A stretch of 64,000 nucleotides of DNA from an uncultured Roseobacter sp. (GTDB lineage Bacteria; Pseudomonadota; Alphaproteobacteria; Rhodobacterales; Rhodobacteraceae). Positions 48,014 through 58,522 of the stretch are shown in pieces. The stretch is from the NCBI RefSeq assembly GCF_947491795.1, contig NZ_CANLKW010000007.1, forward strand, positions 1,915 to 65,914, given 5' to 3'. Position numbers and translations under genes: made by a program. Below the pieces are notes generated by a model. It was not told the DNA's origin, did no database searches, and worked only from the letters and a program-made list of their open reading frames with translations. Positions within the stretch are counted from its first letter, which is position 1. Every line of letters begins with the position of its first letter.

Positions 48014-49780
48014 ATGGCTGACAGTCCGGAAACAGGTTCAACAGGCCCCGTCGGGATCACCCTCAAGATCGAAGGGGCTGCCGTCTCTGACGAAATCCTT
48101 ATAGCGTCGGCGCGGGTGCGCAGCGGTCTGAACCGCATCCCCGAGGCACAGGTCACCATTTTGTCCGGATCGTTGCAGACAGAGGATTTTTCCCAGCTCG
48201 ACGCCGCAGACTTTGTGGCGGGCAAGGAAATAGAGATTGCCGCCTTTTACGGCGAAGGGGCGGAACAGTCGCTGTTCAAGGGGCTGATTATTTCGAGCCG
48301 CGCCAGGATCGACAGCAATACAGGTCTGCGTCTTGAACTTTATTGCCGCGACAAGGCCATCGGCATGACCGAAATCCGCAAATCGGTGCGCTATGAGGCG
48401 CAAAAAGACAGTGACATCATGTCGGCCATCATCGGCGATTTCGCTCTGACGGCGGATGTGGAGGCCACGACGGATACCGCCGCAGATAAGCTGCGCGCAG
48501 GCACAACCGACTGGGACTATCTGCGCCTGCTTGCGGACCGCAACGGCCAGGTGATCAGTGTCAGTGCAGGTAAGGTTTCTGTCAAAGCGCCGGATACCTC
48601 GGCGGCGGCGGGCCTGGAGGTCACCGTGGGTGCCGATGTTCTGGAGCTCGACATCGAGATTGATTCCCAGCGCATGATCAAATCGGCCAGCGCGACATCC
48701 TGGGACGACATCACACAGGAAACCGTGTCGGGCACCTCGACGACCGTGACCGGGCTGACACCGGATAATGTCACTGCCGCAAATCTCGCCAAAGTTCTCA
48801 GCGACCGCGAACATACAGCCTTTACCGCCGCAACAATTGCATCTGCCGAGCTGACCACGCGGAGCAAGGCGCGGACCACGCGGGCAGGTCTGGGGGCAGT
48901 GTCGGGGTCGGTTACCTATCAGGGAAACAGCACGGTTGAGCCGGGCAAAACCCTGGACATCAAGGGTTTTGGTGAACGCTACAGCGGCACAGGATATGCC
49001 GTCTCTGTCGAGCACAGAATAGAGACAGGCACCTGGCTGACAGTGTGCCGGCTGGGCCTGCCGCCGGACTGGACGTCTGACAGCGCGGGTTTTGCCAGCC
49101 CCGCAGCAGAGGCCATGAATACGCCGGTACACGGGTTGCAGATCGGCAAGGTCCTCGCTGTGGCCGAAGACCCCGATTCCCGGCTGCGCATCCAGATCCG
49201 CCTGCCCGTGGTCGGGGACCCGGCCGCAGAAGTCTGGGCGCGCTATGCGCAGCCCTATGCCTCGTCGGGTGCAGGTATCCAGTTTCTGCCCGAAGTGGAC
49301 GACGAGGTGGTTGTGGCCTTTCTGAACGCTGATCCGGAAGCGCCGGTCATTGTCGGCTCGCTGCACAACGGAACCGCCGCGCGGCCGATCGAGGCCGAAG
49401 AGGACAATAACTTTAAAACGATCACCACCCGCTCGGAACTCAAGATGACCTTTGACGACGACAAAAAGATCATCACCGTCAGCACCCCGGGCGGGCATAT
49501 CCTGACGCTGGACGACGACGCCAGCACCTTTTCCATGGTGGATATGAACGGCAATTCCATCGTCATGGACGACAGCGGCATCGCCATCACATCTGACAAG
49601 GACATTACCATTACGGCCACGCAGAACATCACGGCAGAGGCCACGCAGGATGCAACCATCGAAGGCATGAACATCACCTGCACGGCACAGACCGAACTGA
49701 CGGTCGAGGGCAATGCAAGCGCCAAACTGTCGTCCGGGGGGCAGACCACGGTCGAGGGCTCGATCGTGATGATTAACTGA
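48014..49780 (+). CDS. afp8: eCIS spike Afp8 (VgrG/gp27-gp5)
   Basis: NRIPEA, TDWDYL, GLQIGKV..DPD..RI, FLPEVDDEVVVAF, C-terminal beta-helix repeats. Confidence 0.95.
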   Translation: MADSPETGSTGPVGITLKIEGAAVSDEILIASARVRSGLNRIPEAQVTILSGSLQTEDFSQLDAADFVAGKEIEIAAFYGEGAEQSLFKGLIISSRARIDSNTGLRLELYCRDKAIGMTEIRKSVRYEAQKDSDIMSAIIGDFALTADVEATTDTAADKLRAGTTDWDYLRLLADRNGQVISVSAGKVSVKAPDTSAAAGLEVTVGADVLELDIEIDSQRMIKSASATSWDDITQETVSGTSTTVTGLTPDNVTAANLAKVLSDREHTAFTAATIASAELTTRSKARTTRAGLGAVSGSVTYQGNSTVEPGKTLDIKGFGERYSGTGYAVSVEHRIETGTWLTVCRLGLPPDWTSDSAGFASPAAEAMNTPVHGLQIGKVLAVAEDPDSRLRIQIRLPVVGDPAAEVWARYAQPYASSGAGIQFLPEVDDEVVVAFLNADPEAPVIVGSLHNGTAARPIEAEEDNNFKTITTRSELKMTFDDDKKIITVSTPGGHILTLDDDASTFSMVDMNGNSIVMDDSGIAITSDKDITITATQNITAEATQDATIEGMNITCTAQTELTVEGNASAKLSSGGQTTVEGSIVMIN

Positions 49781-49813
49781 AGCGACACGACAACAAGAGG
49801 GGGGTCCGGGGGG

Positions 49814-50104
49814 ATGCCACCAGCAGCAAGACTGACCGATATGCACACCTGTCCCGCAGTGAACGGGGTGGTGCCCCATGTGGGCGGCCCGATCGTCGGA
49901 CCGGGTGAGGCGACGGTACTGATTGTCGGCCTTCCGGCGGCGGTGCAGGGCGATAACTGTGTCTGCGTGGGGCCAACAGCCTCGATCACCAAAGGCTCGG
50001 CCACGGTGATGATCGGCGGCAGCCCTGCGGCCCGGATGGGGGACACAACCGCGCATGGCGGCGTCATTGTCGCGGGCGCGCCAACTGTGATCATCGGGGG
50101 CTGA
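49814..50104 (+). CDS. afp10: PAAR spike tip (Afp10)
   Basis: PAARLTD..HVGGPI..PAARMGD.TAHGG. Confidence 0.96.
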   Translation: MPPAARLTDMHTCPAVNGVVPHVGGPIVGPGEATVLIVGLPAAVQGDNCVCVGPTASITKGSATVMIGGSPAARMGDTTAHGGVIVAGAPTVIIGG

Positions 50105-50108
50105 GAAC

Positions 50109-50546
50109 ATGGAAGAAAACGATCCAGGGTTCCTTGGCCGCGGCTGGCATTTCCCGCCCGTGTTCGACCCCGCAACAGGAGAAGTTCAGATGGTCCAGTC
50201 CGAAGAGGACGTGGCCGAGAGCCTGCGCATTCTGATGAACACGCGGCCCGGCGAACGGATCATGCAGCCCGCCTATGGCTGCCGCATCCATGACTATGTG
50301 TTCGAGCCGAACGACGCCGAAACCCAGGCCGGGATCGAAACCGCGATCCGCCAGGCCATTTTGTTTTTTGAGCCGCGCGTCACTCTGCACCGGGTTGAAG
50401 TGATCATGACAGACTGGCTGGAAGGCCGGATCGGCGTGATGCTGGATTACACCGTGGACCAGTCAAACTCGCGCTCGAACATGGTCTACCCGTTCTACAT
50501 CCGCGAGGGCACGCTTGTGTCCGATACCCCGTTACCGGCGATCTGA
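50109..50546 (+). CDS. afp9: Baseplate gp25/GPW protein (Afp9)
   Basis: FLGRGWHFPP, TRPGERIMQPAYGC, FEPRV, NMVYPFY. Confidence 0.95.
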   Translation: MEENDPGFLGRGWHFPPVFDPATGEVQMVQSEEDVAESLRILMNTRPGERIMQPAYGCRIHDYVFEPNDAETQAGIETAIRQAILFFEPRVTLHRVEVIMTDWLEGRIGVMLDYTVDQSNSRSNMVYPFYIREGTLVSDTPLPAI

Positions 50547-50552
50547 GGGCAC

Positions 50553-51527
50553 ATGGCAATAGTTACCATAACTACTGTTATCAAAAAGACCAGCGCGGGC
50601 GCTGCCGTGCTCGCCCTGGCGGGGTGCGGCGTGTTTCCCGAAGACTTTCCCGTCGTGCCCGATGTGCTCAAGGAACAGGACACCGGGCGGTTCACCGGGC
50701 TGCCCCCCGCCCAGTCCTGCGACCGCAACGAAGTTAAGGACAAGAACATGACCGGCGCGCTGCTGCGTCAGTCCGAAGCGGCGGGTTTCGCCTTTGATAT
50801 TGTCTATGTGACCGGGCGCAGCTCGCGGCTGGGGCTCGCGCCCGAGATTTCCTTTGCCGACCGGTCCGATGCGGACCTGCCCGAAGAGATCGAAGGCGCG
50901 GTGTTTCGCGGATCGCGCAAATCCACCGCCACGCAGCGCAGCGGTTTTGGCCCCGATGACACCCTGCCCAACGTCTATGACATCACCTATTCGGTCTGGG
51001 AAAAGAACTTTTCCGGGCCGGTCGTGCTGGGCCCTGGTGCTGTGGGCGCAGAGATCCCCACCACAGGCGCGTCCACATTCTCTGGCAGGATTGCGCTGCA
51101 GCTGATCACCGCAGACAAAGACGGCAACCCGGTGGAAACCAGCGCCACGGGCAGCTTCAGCCTGCGCGCGGGCTATGGATCGGGGCGGGCATCTTTTGCC
51201 GCCAGCGGCTTTGACGCCGATCTGCCCTTTGACAGTCTGACCTGGGAAAACCTCTTTCTGTGTGGCACGCGCTTTGTCAGCAGCGGCAAGGGCGTTGTTT
51301 CTGTGCGCACAGGCGACGGCCCCGCCCTGCCACCCTTTAAAACCGGGCGCGAACCTGTGCCCTTTACGGCTGTTTTCGAATCCTCGCAGTTTGCGCCCGA
51401 AGAGCGCCCCGGCCCGCCGGTTGCCGCCGGTGGTGTCTTTGCCATTGAAAGCGATGCGGGCACGCTGACGGCTGTGTTCCTCTCGGATCTGCCGCCCGCG
51501 GTCGAAGACGAAGAGGAGGCCGGATGA
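50553..51527 (+). CDS. Putative lipoprotein of unknown function within the eCIS operon
   Basis: Lipobox LAGC; C-terminal beta-rich region (PTTGASTFSG..AGGVFAI) reminiscent of TbpB-type barrels. Confidence 0.65.
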   Translation: MAIVTITTVIKKTSAGAAVLALAGCGVFPEDFPVVPDVLKEQDTGRFTGLPPAQSCDRNEVKDKNMTGALLRQSEAAGFAFDIVYVTGRSSRLGLAPEISFADRSDADLPEEIEGAVFRGSRKSTATQRSGFGPDDTLPNVYDITYSVWEKNFSGPVVLGPGAVGAEIPTTGASTFSGRIALQLITADKDGNPVETSATGSFSLRAGYGSGRASFAASGFDADLPFDSLTWENLFLCGTRFVSSGKGVVSVRTGDGPALPPFKTGREPVPFTAVFESSQFAPEERPGPPVAAGGVFAIESDAGTLTAVFLSDLPPAVEDEEEAG

Positions 51528-51528
51528 C

Positions 51529-54500
51529 ATGAGCCACCGCTGGCAGGACATCCGCGTGACCCCGGGATCGCTGGCCACCCAGCGGCTGCCGCGTGCCCTG
51601 TCGCCGCGCCGGTTCCGGATCAGGCACGACAGTCTGGCGGCGGCTTTTGCGGCTGCGGGCGCGCGTCTGGGGGCTGCGGATGTTGCTGTAGCGCGCACCG
51701 CCCGCCGGGCACCGCCCTGGGCGCGGCTTTTTCAGAATGAACCGGCCTATCTTTATGCCGAACTGCTGGCCTTCCGCGCAGATGATGCCGGTTTCGCCTT
51801 TGCCGAGGCGCTGGAGCAGGATCCGGGCCAGGCGCTGGTGCTGATCGGGCAACTGGCCACGCGGCTGGATGGCTGGCTGCAGCGGATCAGGATGGAACGC
51901 CCCGTCGTGTTCTCGCGCCAGCTCGAACAGCTCGACCGCGAGGCGGATCTGACAACTCTGGTACGGTCGCTGACCGGCGCGCAGCCCTCGGTGGTGCTGC
52001 GCCGTGCGGGCGAGCATCACACTGTGCGCGAGGCGGAACGCACCAAAGGCGCGCTCGTTGCCGCACGGGCCACCCGCGAACGTCTGCGCGCCATCCACAC
52101 GGTGCTGCGCAACACGGTAACCGCGCTGCAACCGGTGGCGCAAAAGGCCTTTGACGCCCGCATTCATTCGGGTCAGATGGACCCCGGGCTGGGTCTGCTG
52201 GTGGCGGAACTGCGCACAGCGGCCCATGTGGATGCGGCGATCAACGCGCTGCCGGAGCGCCATACAGAGCTCTACTACCGTGACATCATCGGCCAGACAC
52301 CCGCCGGGGCCAGCCCGGAGATGGTGCTGCTGGGTCTGGGTGCCGTGCCCAAACGCGGGCATCTGCCCCAGGGTGCCGGGCTGGAGGCGCTGTTGCCGGA
52401 CGGCACGGTACAGCATTTCACCACAGAGGCAGCCGTCCCCGTCAGCACCGCGCGGATCAGCGATATCCGCACGCTCAGCTACGAGACCAACCCCGACATC
52501 TCTTATAACCGCGCGCTTGGCGGCATCACCGGCCTGCGCGCCGCCCATATCGGGCCACAGCCCGCCGCCGGCGCTGCGACGCTCTTTGACAGCGGGGCGG
52601 AGGTGCCGCTGAACACCGGGCTCGATATCTGCTCTCCGATGCTGTCGCTGGCCGAAGGCACCCGCCGTATCGAGGTCACGCTGCACATGAACCGCAGCTC
52701 CAGCCTGCCCGCCGGGTCGGACTGCGTCGCCTGCGATGATTTCCGCGCCCGCAGTGCACAGCGCGCAGAGGGCACGGCGCGCGATGTGCCGGACCTGCGC
52801 CGCCCGCTCGGCGCGGACCCCGAAAAATATGCGCCGGATGTGCGGCTGGCCCTGGCCGCAGATGCGGATCTGGTGCGCCTTTTCGAGCCGGGCAAGATTG
52901 AAACGGGCATCGACACGCTGACCCGTGACGTCACGGATTACGCGAAAGCCCATGCGCAGACGCCTTCTGTCTCGCTCATCTACCGCGTACTGATGGGCCG
53001 GGTCGAGCGCCCCGACCAGCTGCGCCTGTTGCTGGGGCGGATCGTGAAACTGTCGCTGATCGAACAGCACCCTTTCCCGGCCAACGACTACTGGGACCAG
53101 ATCTATGCGCTGGTCGACCGCTTCCGCCCGGAGCTGACCGGTGCCCGCAAAGGGGCGGACCCGGATCACGGGCAAAGCTCGATGATCTTTTCGGCGTTTT
53201 CGCAAAAACCTGATGGCACCATCGATTATCCGCCCGAGGACGTGTTCCAGAGCCTGCTGGGCGATGCCTTTGACATCACGATCACGACCGATGACGGTCC
53301 GCGCCGCCCCGACATCATGCAGGTGCTGCCCATCCGCCGCAAACAAAGCGCGGGCGGACTGACCCTGAGCCTGCGGTTTGACGAGAGCGCCCCCGCCCTG
53401 ACCGGGCCGGACCATGCCCCGCGCCTGGCCCTGCGCTATGCCACAGATTCGCGGCTCTGCCCGATCTCCTTTTTCGAAGACTACGCGCTGGAAACCATCA
53501 CCATCCGCACCCAGGTCACCGGGCTGCGGCGGCTGGCGGCCTTTTCAGACGCGGGGCCGGTGGTGACAGACCAGACCTTTATGCCCTTTGGACCCCAGCC
53601 AACCGACGGGGCGACCTTTCAGGTCGGCTGCGCCGAGATGGCCCGCAAACCGGTCACAGAAATCGGGATCAGCCTGGGCTGGACCGGAATGCCCAACCCG
53701 GTGGGCGGCTTTGAAAGCCATTATGAGGCCTACGGCAAAGACGTCGATATTCCGGCGCCGGAGCTGACCGTGGAATACCTCAGCGGGGACGGCTGGAAAC
53801 CGGTCAGCAACGGGCCGGTGCCGCTCTTTCAGAACGAGGAGGTCACCGGCGCGCTGCTGCCGGACTGGCAGTTTACCGGCAGGGTCACGGGACACTCTAT
53901 CCCTGCAACCGGCGTTGTGACCGCCAGCGAATACCAGTCCCGCCAGACGATCCGCGCGGGCATGATCCGCATGCATCTTACCGGGACGGCTGGCGGCTTT
54001 CTGGCCAGCCAGTACCCGATGGCACTGGTCGATGCGATGCGACCCCGCCTTATTCCTCTGGGCGCGCGCAAGGTCCCGCCTGCGCCCTATGTTCCCAAAG
54101 TCAGCCGCTTTTCGCTGTCCTATACCGCCGAATCCACGATTGAGCTGAACGCGCCCGATGCTGCGCGCGCCGGCGAGACCGTGTATCAGGCCGGTCCGTT
54201 CGGGTCGGTCTGCGTCTTTCCCAAACGTATGCTGCGGCGCATCCGGCTGTTCCCCGAGCGTATGGGCTATGGCCATGTCGCTTTTCAGCTGACGGGCCGG
54301 GACGCCGCAGGCCCTGTGGCCGTTGCCTTTGACATGGCCCAGTCCGGGCACCTGCGCCTGGTGCCTGCGCCCAACCCACTGCGCTGGGTCTACCTGTCGG
54401 CCACAGGCTGGACCGATCTGCCGGAAACGGCGCTGTCCTCGGACACCACCGCCGGGCTGATGCGCTCTGGTCTCATTGTGATCGACCTGCCCGACGACGC

Positions 54501-55527
54501 GACAGATCATTCGCCGGAAATGCCCCCGGGCGGTGTCTGGATTGCCGCCGTGGCCACCCGGCCCCATCTGCAGATTTTCCCCGCGCTCAGCGCTGTTGCG
54601 GTCAACGGGGTCTGGGCGCGGCGGCAGGACGACACCTGGAAAGACTTTGGCACGCCGCGCACATGGTCCTTTGCCCCTGCCCGCCCCAGCCTGAATGCAC
54701 CGTCAGAAATTGCCACCCCGGCAGAAATACGCCCGCCCGAACCCCCGGGCGCCTTTATCGCGCGGGTGGGCGAACGGCTGCGCCACCGGCGCCGCGCAGT
54801 ACGGCCCTGGGACATGGAGCGCATGGTGCTCGAGGCCTTCCCCGAGGTCTGGATGGCCAAATGCCTGCCCCACCTCAGCCGCCACACGCCCGCACCGACG
54901 CCGGGCACGATCACCATGGTGGTCACGCGCAAACCGCCAACCGATGCAGCCCTGGACAACCCGGCACCAGCGCTCTTTGACGTGGCCACGCTGGAACGGA
55001 TCAGCGCCTGGCTGCGCGACTATGTCACCGAAGAGGCCGCCGTCGATGTGGTCAACCCGACCTTTGAACGCCTGCAGGTACGGGCCAAACTCTCTGTCAC
55101 GGCAGACCGCGAAAACGGTGCAATGGCCCAGATGCTGCGCCGGGATCTGGCGCGCTATCTGTCGGTCTGGACGGCAGACAGCTCGCTGGCGCGGTTTGGC
55201 TGGTCGCTGAATGTGCATATGCTGCGCGCCCATATCAACGGGCTGCCCTATGTCCGCGACATCACCGATTTCTCTGTGCTCCACCTCGCCGGAGACGACG
55301 GCCGCAGCTATCAACTGCTCGACACCGCACAGGCCGGGAACGACCCGCGCGGCGGTGGCTACGGGCCGGTTCTGACACCCCGGTTCCCCTGGAGCCTGCC
55401 GCTTTCAACACCCGATCACATACTCACAATCCTGCCAGAAATTCACGATGAAACGCCCGCGGCCGCCGGTATCGGCAGCCTGACCGTCGGCGACATGCTC
55501 ATCGTAGGCCAGAGGACAATCCCGTGA
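51529..55527 (+). CDS. afp11: eCIS baseplate wedge Afp11 (BaseplateJ-like)
   Basis: NALPERHTELYYRDI, FMPFGPQP, DTTAGLMRSGLI, RVGERLRHRRRAVRPWDMERMVLEAFP. Confidence 0.92.
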   Translation: MSHRWQDIRVTPGSLATQRLPRALSPRRFRIRHDSLAAAFAAAGARLGAADVAVARTARRAPPWARLFQNEPAYLYAELLAFRADDAGFAFAEALEQDPGQALVLIGQLATRLDGWLQRIRMERPVVFSRQLEQLDREADLTTLVRSLTGAQPSVVLRRAGEHHTVREAERTKGALVAARATRERLRAIHTVLRNTVTALQPVAQKAFDARIHSGQMDPGLGLLVAELRTAAHVDAAINALPERHTELYYRDIIGQTPAGASPEMVLLGLGAVPKRGHLPQGAGLEALLPDGTVQHFTTEAAVPVSTARISDIRTLSYETNPDISYNRALGGITGLRAAHIGPQPAAGAATLFDSGAEVPLNTGLDICSPMLSLAEGTRRIEVTLHMNRSSSLPAGSDCVACDDFRARSAQRAEGTARDVPDLRRPLGADPEKYAPDVRLALAADADLVRLFEPGKIETGIDTLTRDVTDYAKAHAQTPSVSLIYRVLMGRVERPDQLRLLLGRIVKLSLIEQHPFPANDYWDQIYALVDRFRPELTGARKGADPDHGQSSMIFSAFSQKPDGTIDYPPEDVFQSLLGDAFDITITTDDGPRRPDIMQVLPIRRKQSAGGLTLSLRFDESAPALTGPDHAPRLALRYATDSRLCPISFFEDYALETITIRTQVTGLRRLAAFSDAGPVVTDQTFMPFGPQPTDGATFQVGCAEMARKPVTEIGISLGWTGMPNPVGGFESHYEAYGKDVDIPAPELTVEYLSGDGWKPVSNGPVPLFQNEEVTGALLPDWQFTGRVTGHSIPATGVVTASEYQSRQTIRAGMIRMHLTGTAGGFLASQYPMALVDAMRPRLIPLGARKVPPAPYVPKVSRFSLSYTAESTIELNAPDAARAGETVYQAGPFGSVCVFPKRMLRRIRLFPERMGYGHVAFQLTGRDAAGPVAVAFDMAQSGHLRLVPAPNPLRWVYLSATGWTDLPETALSSDTTAGLMRSGLIVIDLPDDATDHSPEMPPGGVWIAAVATRPHLQIFPALSAVAVNGVWARRQDDTWKDFGTPRTWSFAPARPSLNAPSEIATPAEIRPPEPPGAFIARVGERLRHRRRAVRPWDMERMVLEAFPEVWMAKCLPHLSRHTPAPTPGTITMVVTRKPPTDAALDNPAPALFDVATLERISAWLRDYVTEEAAVDVVNPTFERLQVRAKLSVTADRENGAMAQMLRRDLARYLSVWTADSSLARFGWSLNVHMLRAHINGLPYVRDITDFSVLHLAGDDGRSYQLLDTAQAGNDPRGGGYGPVLTPRFPWSLPLSTPDHILTILPEIHDETPAAAGIGSLTVGDMLIVGQRTIP

Positions 55528-56387
55528 CCAAACAAGACCGCGCAACCCTCAAATCCTTCTTTCGCAGCGGGGCCCTGCCCACCGCCACGGAATACCGCGA
55601 TCTGATCGACAGTACCGTCAACCAGGTTGATGACGGCTTTGCCAAGACCGACGCAGACGGGCTGCGGCTCAATTCGGTCGGCTCGTCGCTGCGGGTGCTC
55701 AGCCTGTATCAGGGGCTGGGCACGCCGAAACCCTCCTGGGTGCTGGAACATGGCGATGCGCTTGGCGCGCTGCATTTCCGGCCCGATCTGGGCAAGTCCG
55801 CACTGGAGTTCGACGGCGGCGCGGCCCCGGGCACGGACACATCCGGCGATCCGGCCATCGCCGGGCTCTCGATCACCCGCGACGGACGCGTCGGTGTTGC
55901 GCGCGAGGCCCCGGACTGGCGTCTGGACGTGGCAGGTGTGGCCCGGATGCAGGGCCGCATCGGGGTCGCCAGCCATAAAATCCCCTATGTCAAAGCGGAC
56001 GGCAAATGGCACGACATCACCCAGGCAATGACCGGCTGTCAGTGTTTCGAGATCACCGCAGGCACCGGGGGCGACCCGCGCAAGGGGCGCTATTCGATGA
56101 TGCACGCCATTGCGATGAACGCCTTTCACCCGCGCAACCCAATTCTCAACTGGCTGTTCCGCCGGCGTTCGATCAAAACGCAGACGGCGATGTATGGCTC
56201 CTATGCCGACCGGCTGCGGCTGCGCTGGGTCGCGGATGAACAGCAACACCATTTCCGCCTGCAGCTGCGCACCAACGCCAATTTCGGCGAGGGCAAAGTC
56301 GTGCGCTATTATCTGACCCAGCTGTGGTTTGACAGCCTGATGACCGGCGCGCGCGAAGGTGCTGACCGCGATGCGGGGGCGCTGTGA
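55524..56387 (+). CDS. eCIS Afp13-like short tail fibre/adaptor
   Basis: RATLKSFFRSGALPT..YRDLIDSTVNQVDDG N-terminal motif; LDVAG motif; ADGKWHDI. Confidence 0.78.
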   Translation: MTKQDRATLKSFFRSGALPTATEYRDLIDSTVNQVDDGFAKTDADGLRLNSVGSSLRVLSLYQGLGTPKPSWVLEHGDALGALHFRPDLGKSALEFDGGAAPGTDTSGDPAIAGLSITRDGRVGVAREAPDWRLDVAGVARMQGRIGVASHKIPYVKADGKWHDITQAMTGCQCFEITAGTGGDPRKGRYSMMHAIAMNAFHPRNPILNWLFRRRSIKTQTAMYGSYADRLRLRWVADEQQHHFRLQLRTNANFGEGKVVRYYLTQLWFDSLMTGAREGADRDAGAL

Positions 56388-58522
56388 CCGATACCTCTGA
56401 TCCTCATACAGCGTTCTCCGAACTGCGGCGTGTGGCTGTTGATTATGCCCAGCAGGCCTCGGGCGAAATCTGGACGGATTTCAACCTGCACGACCCCGGC
56501 GTCACCCTGCTGGAGCAGACCTGTTTTGCCCTGAGCCAGGTGGCCTGGCAGGCGCAGCTGCCGATGCGCGATCTGCTGACCAATCCGCGCGGGCATTTCT
56601 GTTTTCACGATCTGGCTCTTTTCCGGCCCCGCAAGGTTCTGGGCACCCTGCCGGTTCAGCGTCGCGATCTGCAGACCTGGTTCGGGGCCTGTCCCGACAT
56701 TGACCGCGTCGTTGTGGCCCCGCCCGATATGCGGCGGCCCGGGCTTTATGACTTTGTTATCGTCCCCTCTGATTTTGTGACCGCGAGCGCGGACCCGGTG
56801 GCCACTTTCCGTGACCGCTACCGCAATGCGCGCCCGCTCTGCACCGATCTGGGCCAGGTCGAGGTCGCGCAGGAAATCCGCGTGGTGCTCGAAGGTCAGG
56901 TCGAGATCACCGGTGAGACGCTGCCCGAAACGGTGGCGGCGGCCCTCTATCACGGTGTCTCGGATATTCTCAGCGGTGTGCGCAGCGACGACGAAGCCGC
57001 GCGCCGCACCGATGTCTGGGAGGCACCCGAACGCCTGCTGGCGGCCGCGCATACCGATGGGGCCCGCCCCGAGGATATCCGCGAACATCTCAACATGCTG
57101 CGCGCCCTGCCCGGTGTACGCGACATCGGGGCCCTGACCCTGCGCCAGCCTGTGGGCGTTCAGAAGGATACCTCGGGCGCGGTTTATTATCACTCTGTGC
57201 TGCCCCGCTCGGTCGGTCAGATCCGGCTGCAACTGACCCTGAACGGGGCTGCCGTCTCACTCGATCCCGCCCGCATCCGCGAGGAATACCGCCGCATCAC
57301 GGCCGAGGCGATTGCCGCTGCGGTCCATCACGTGGATGCGCCCGACTGGGATGTGATGCGTCCCGGACGGCGGCGCAGTTTCGGCCAGTCGCATGTGGAC
57401 AGCCTGCTGCCCGGGCTTTACCGCGCCGAGGGCTATTCGATGCACGACCCCGGCGCGCTGATCTCGGAATACCGCGAGGCCATCAACGGTGTGATCCGGG
57501 ACATGATCGCCGATCTTGACGCCCTGCCCCGCCTTTTCACCGCAGCCCCCCGGCGCCAGACGGACGATCCCGAAGCGCACCGTTTGCGGGTGGAGCTTCT
57601 GGATTACCTGATTGCCCTGCAGGGTGCGGAAATGCCCGCCACCCGTCACAGCGGCGTGCATCACTACAGGTCCGTGCGCGGACGGCACCGCTTTGAAATC
57701 GCCTGGCGGCTGGAATATCTCTTTAGGCTGCCCTGGCTGATGAGTGCGCGCGCTACGGGCCCCGGGCCGGAAATCCCCGGCGGTTTTCTGACCGAACTGG
57801 CCATTCTGACCGATCTCGACCTGACAGAGGACGGCGACCAGACCGGCGTGCTGCGCGACTATGGCATCACCCTGGACGACGACGCGCCGACGGAGACCCC
57901 GGCAGAGGACGACAGGATCATTCTGATCGGGGCGCTCAATCCCTTTGACATGCTGGTGCCCGCCGATGACGGAGCCGAACCACTGCCCGCAGGCCAGCTC
58001 GCAGAGCTCTCGCCCTTTCTGCGGGACGGCACGCTCACCACCACCGCTTTTGCCCGCATGACGGACCCCGACAGCCTGGCCATCGCTCCCTATCCCGGCG
58101 GCAGCTGGCAGGTTCTTTATGACGCGGGCGACGGGGCCGACCTGCAGCGCTGCGCCGTGATCCGCGACAAGGACGAGGCGATGCAGACCGTGGCCCGGCT
58201 GCGCGCGACCTGGCGGCATCTGCACCGCGCCTGCGAGGCCGCACATCTGACCGAGGAAATTCTGCTGCGCGGCGAAGGCCCGGTCGAGGTTGCAAACAGC
58301 GCTGACCTGATGCTGCCCGGCTGGACAGCCCGCTGCAGCCGGCAAAGCTTTCGCAACTACGTCGAGGCGCTGGTGGAACAGCTGGCACCGGCGCACATCC
58401 ACGTGCGCGTGCACTGGCTCGATTTTGCCGCCAGCACCCGCCTTGCGGAATGCCGTGCGGGGGGTGACCGCTACGCGCTGCGCGACTTTGTGCATGCCCT
58501 GCCCCGGGACGGGTCCGGCTGA
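56384..58522 (+). CDS. afp12: eCIS baseplate wedge Afp12
   Basis: WTDFNLHDPGVTLLEQ, RPLCTD, APAHI..HWL. Confidence 0.9.
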   Translation: MTDTSDPHTAFSELRRVAVDYAQQASGEIWTDFNLHDPGVTLLEQTCFALSQVAWQAQLPMRDLLTNPRGHFCFHDLALFRPRKVLGTLPVQRRDLQTWFGACPDIDRVVVAPPDMRRPGLYDFVIVPSDFVTASADPVATFRDRYRNARPLCTDLGQVEVAQEIRVVLEGQVEITGETLPETVAAALYHGVSDILSGVRSDDEAARRTDVWEAPERLLAAAHTDGARPEDIREHLNMLRALPGVRDIGALTLRQPVGVQKDTSGAVYYHSVLPRSVGQIRLQLTLNGAAVSLDPARIREEYRRITAEAIAAAVHHVDAPDWDVMRPGRRRSFGQSHVDSLLPGLYRAEGYSMHDPGALISEYREAINGVIRDMIADLDALPRLFTAAPRRQTDDPEAHRLRVELLDYLIALQGAEMPATRHSGVHHYRSVRGRHRFEIAWRLEYLFRLPWLMSARATGPGPEIPGGFLTELAILTDLDLTEDGDQTGVLRDYGITLDDDAPTETPAEDDRIILIGALNPFDMLVPADDGAEPLPAGQLAELSPFLRDGTLTTTAFARMTDPDSLAIAPYPGGSWQVLYDAGDGADLQRCAVIRDKDEAMQTVARLRATWRHLHRACEAAHLTEEILLRGEGPVEVANSADLMLPGWTARCSRQSFRNYVEALVEQLAPAHIHVRVHWLDFAASTRLAECRAGGDRYALRDFVHALPRDGSG

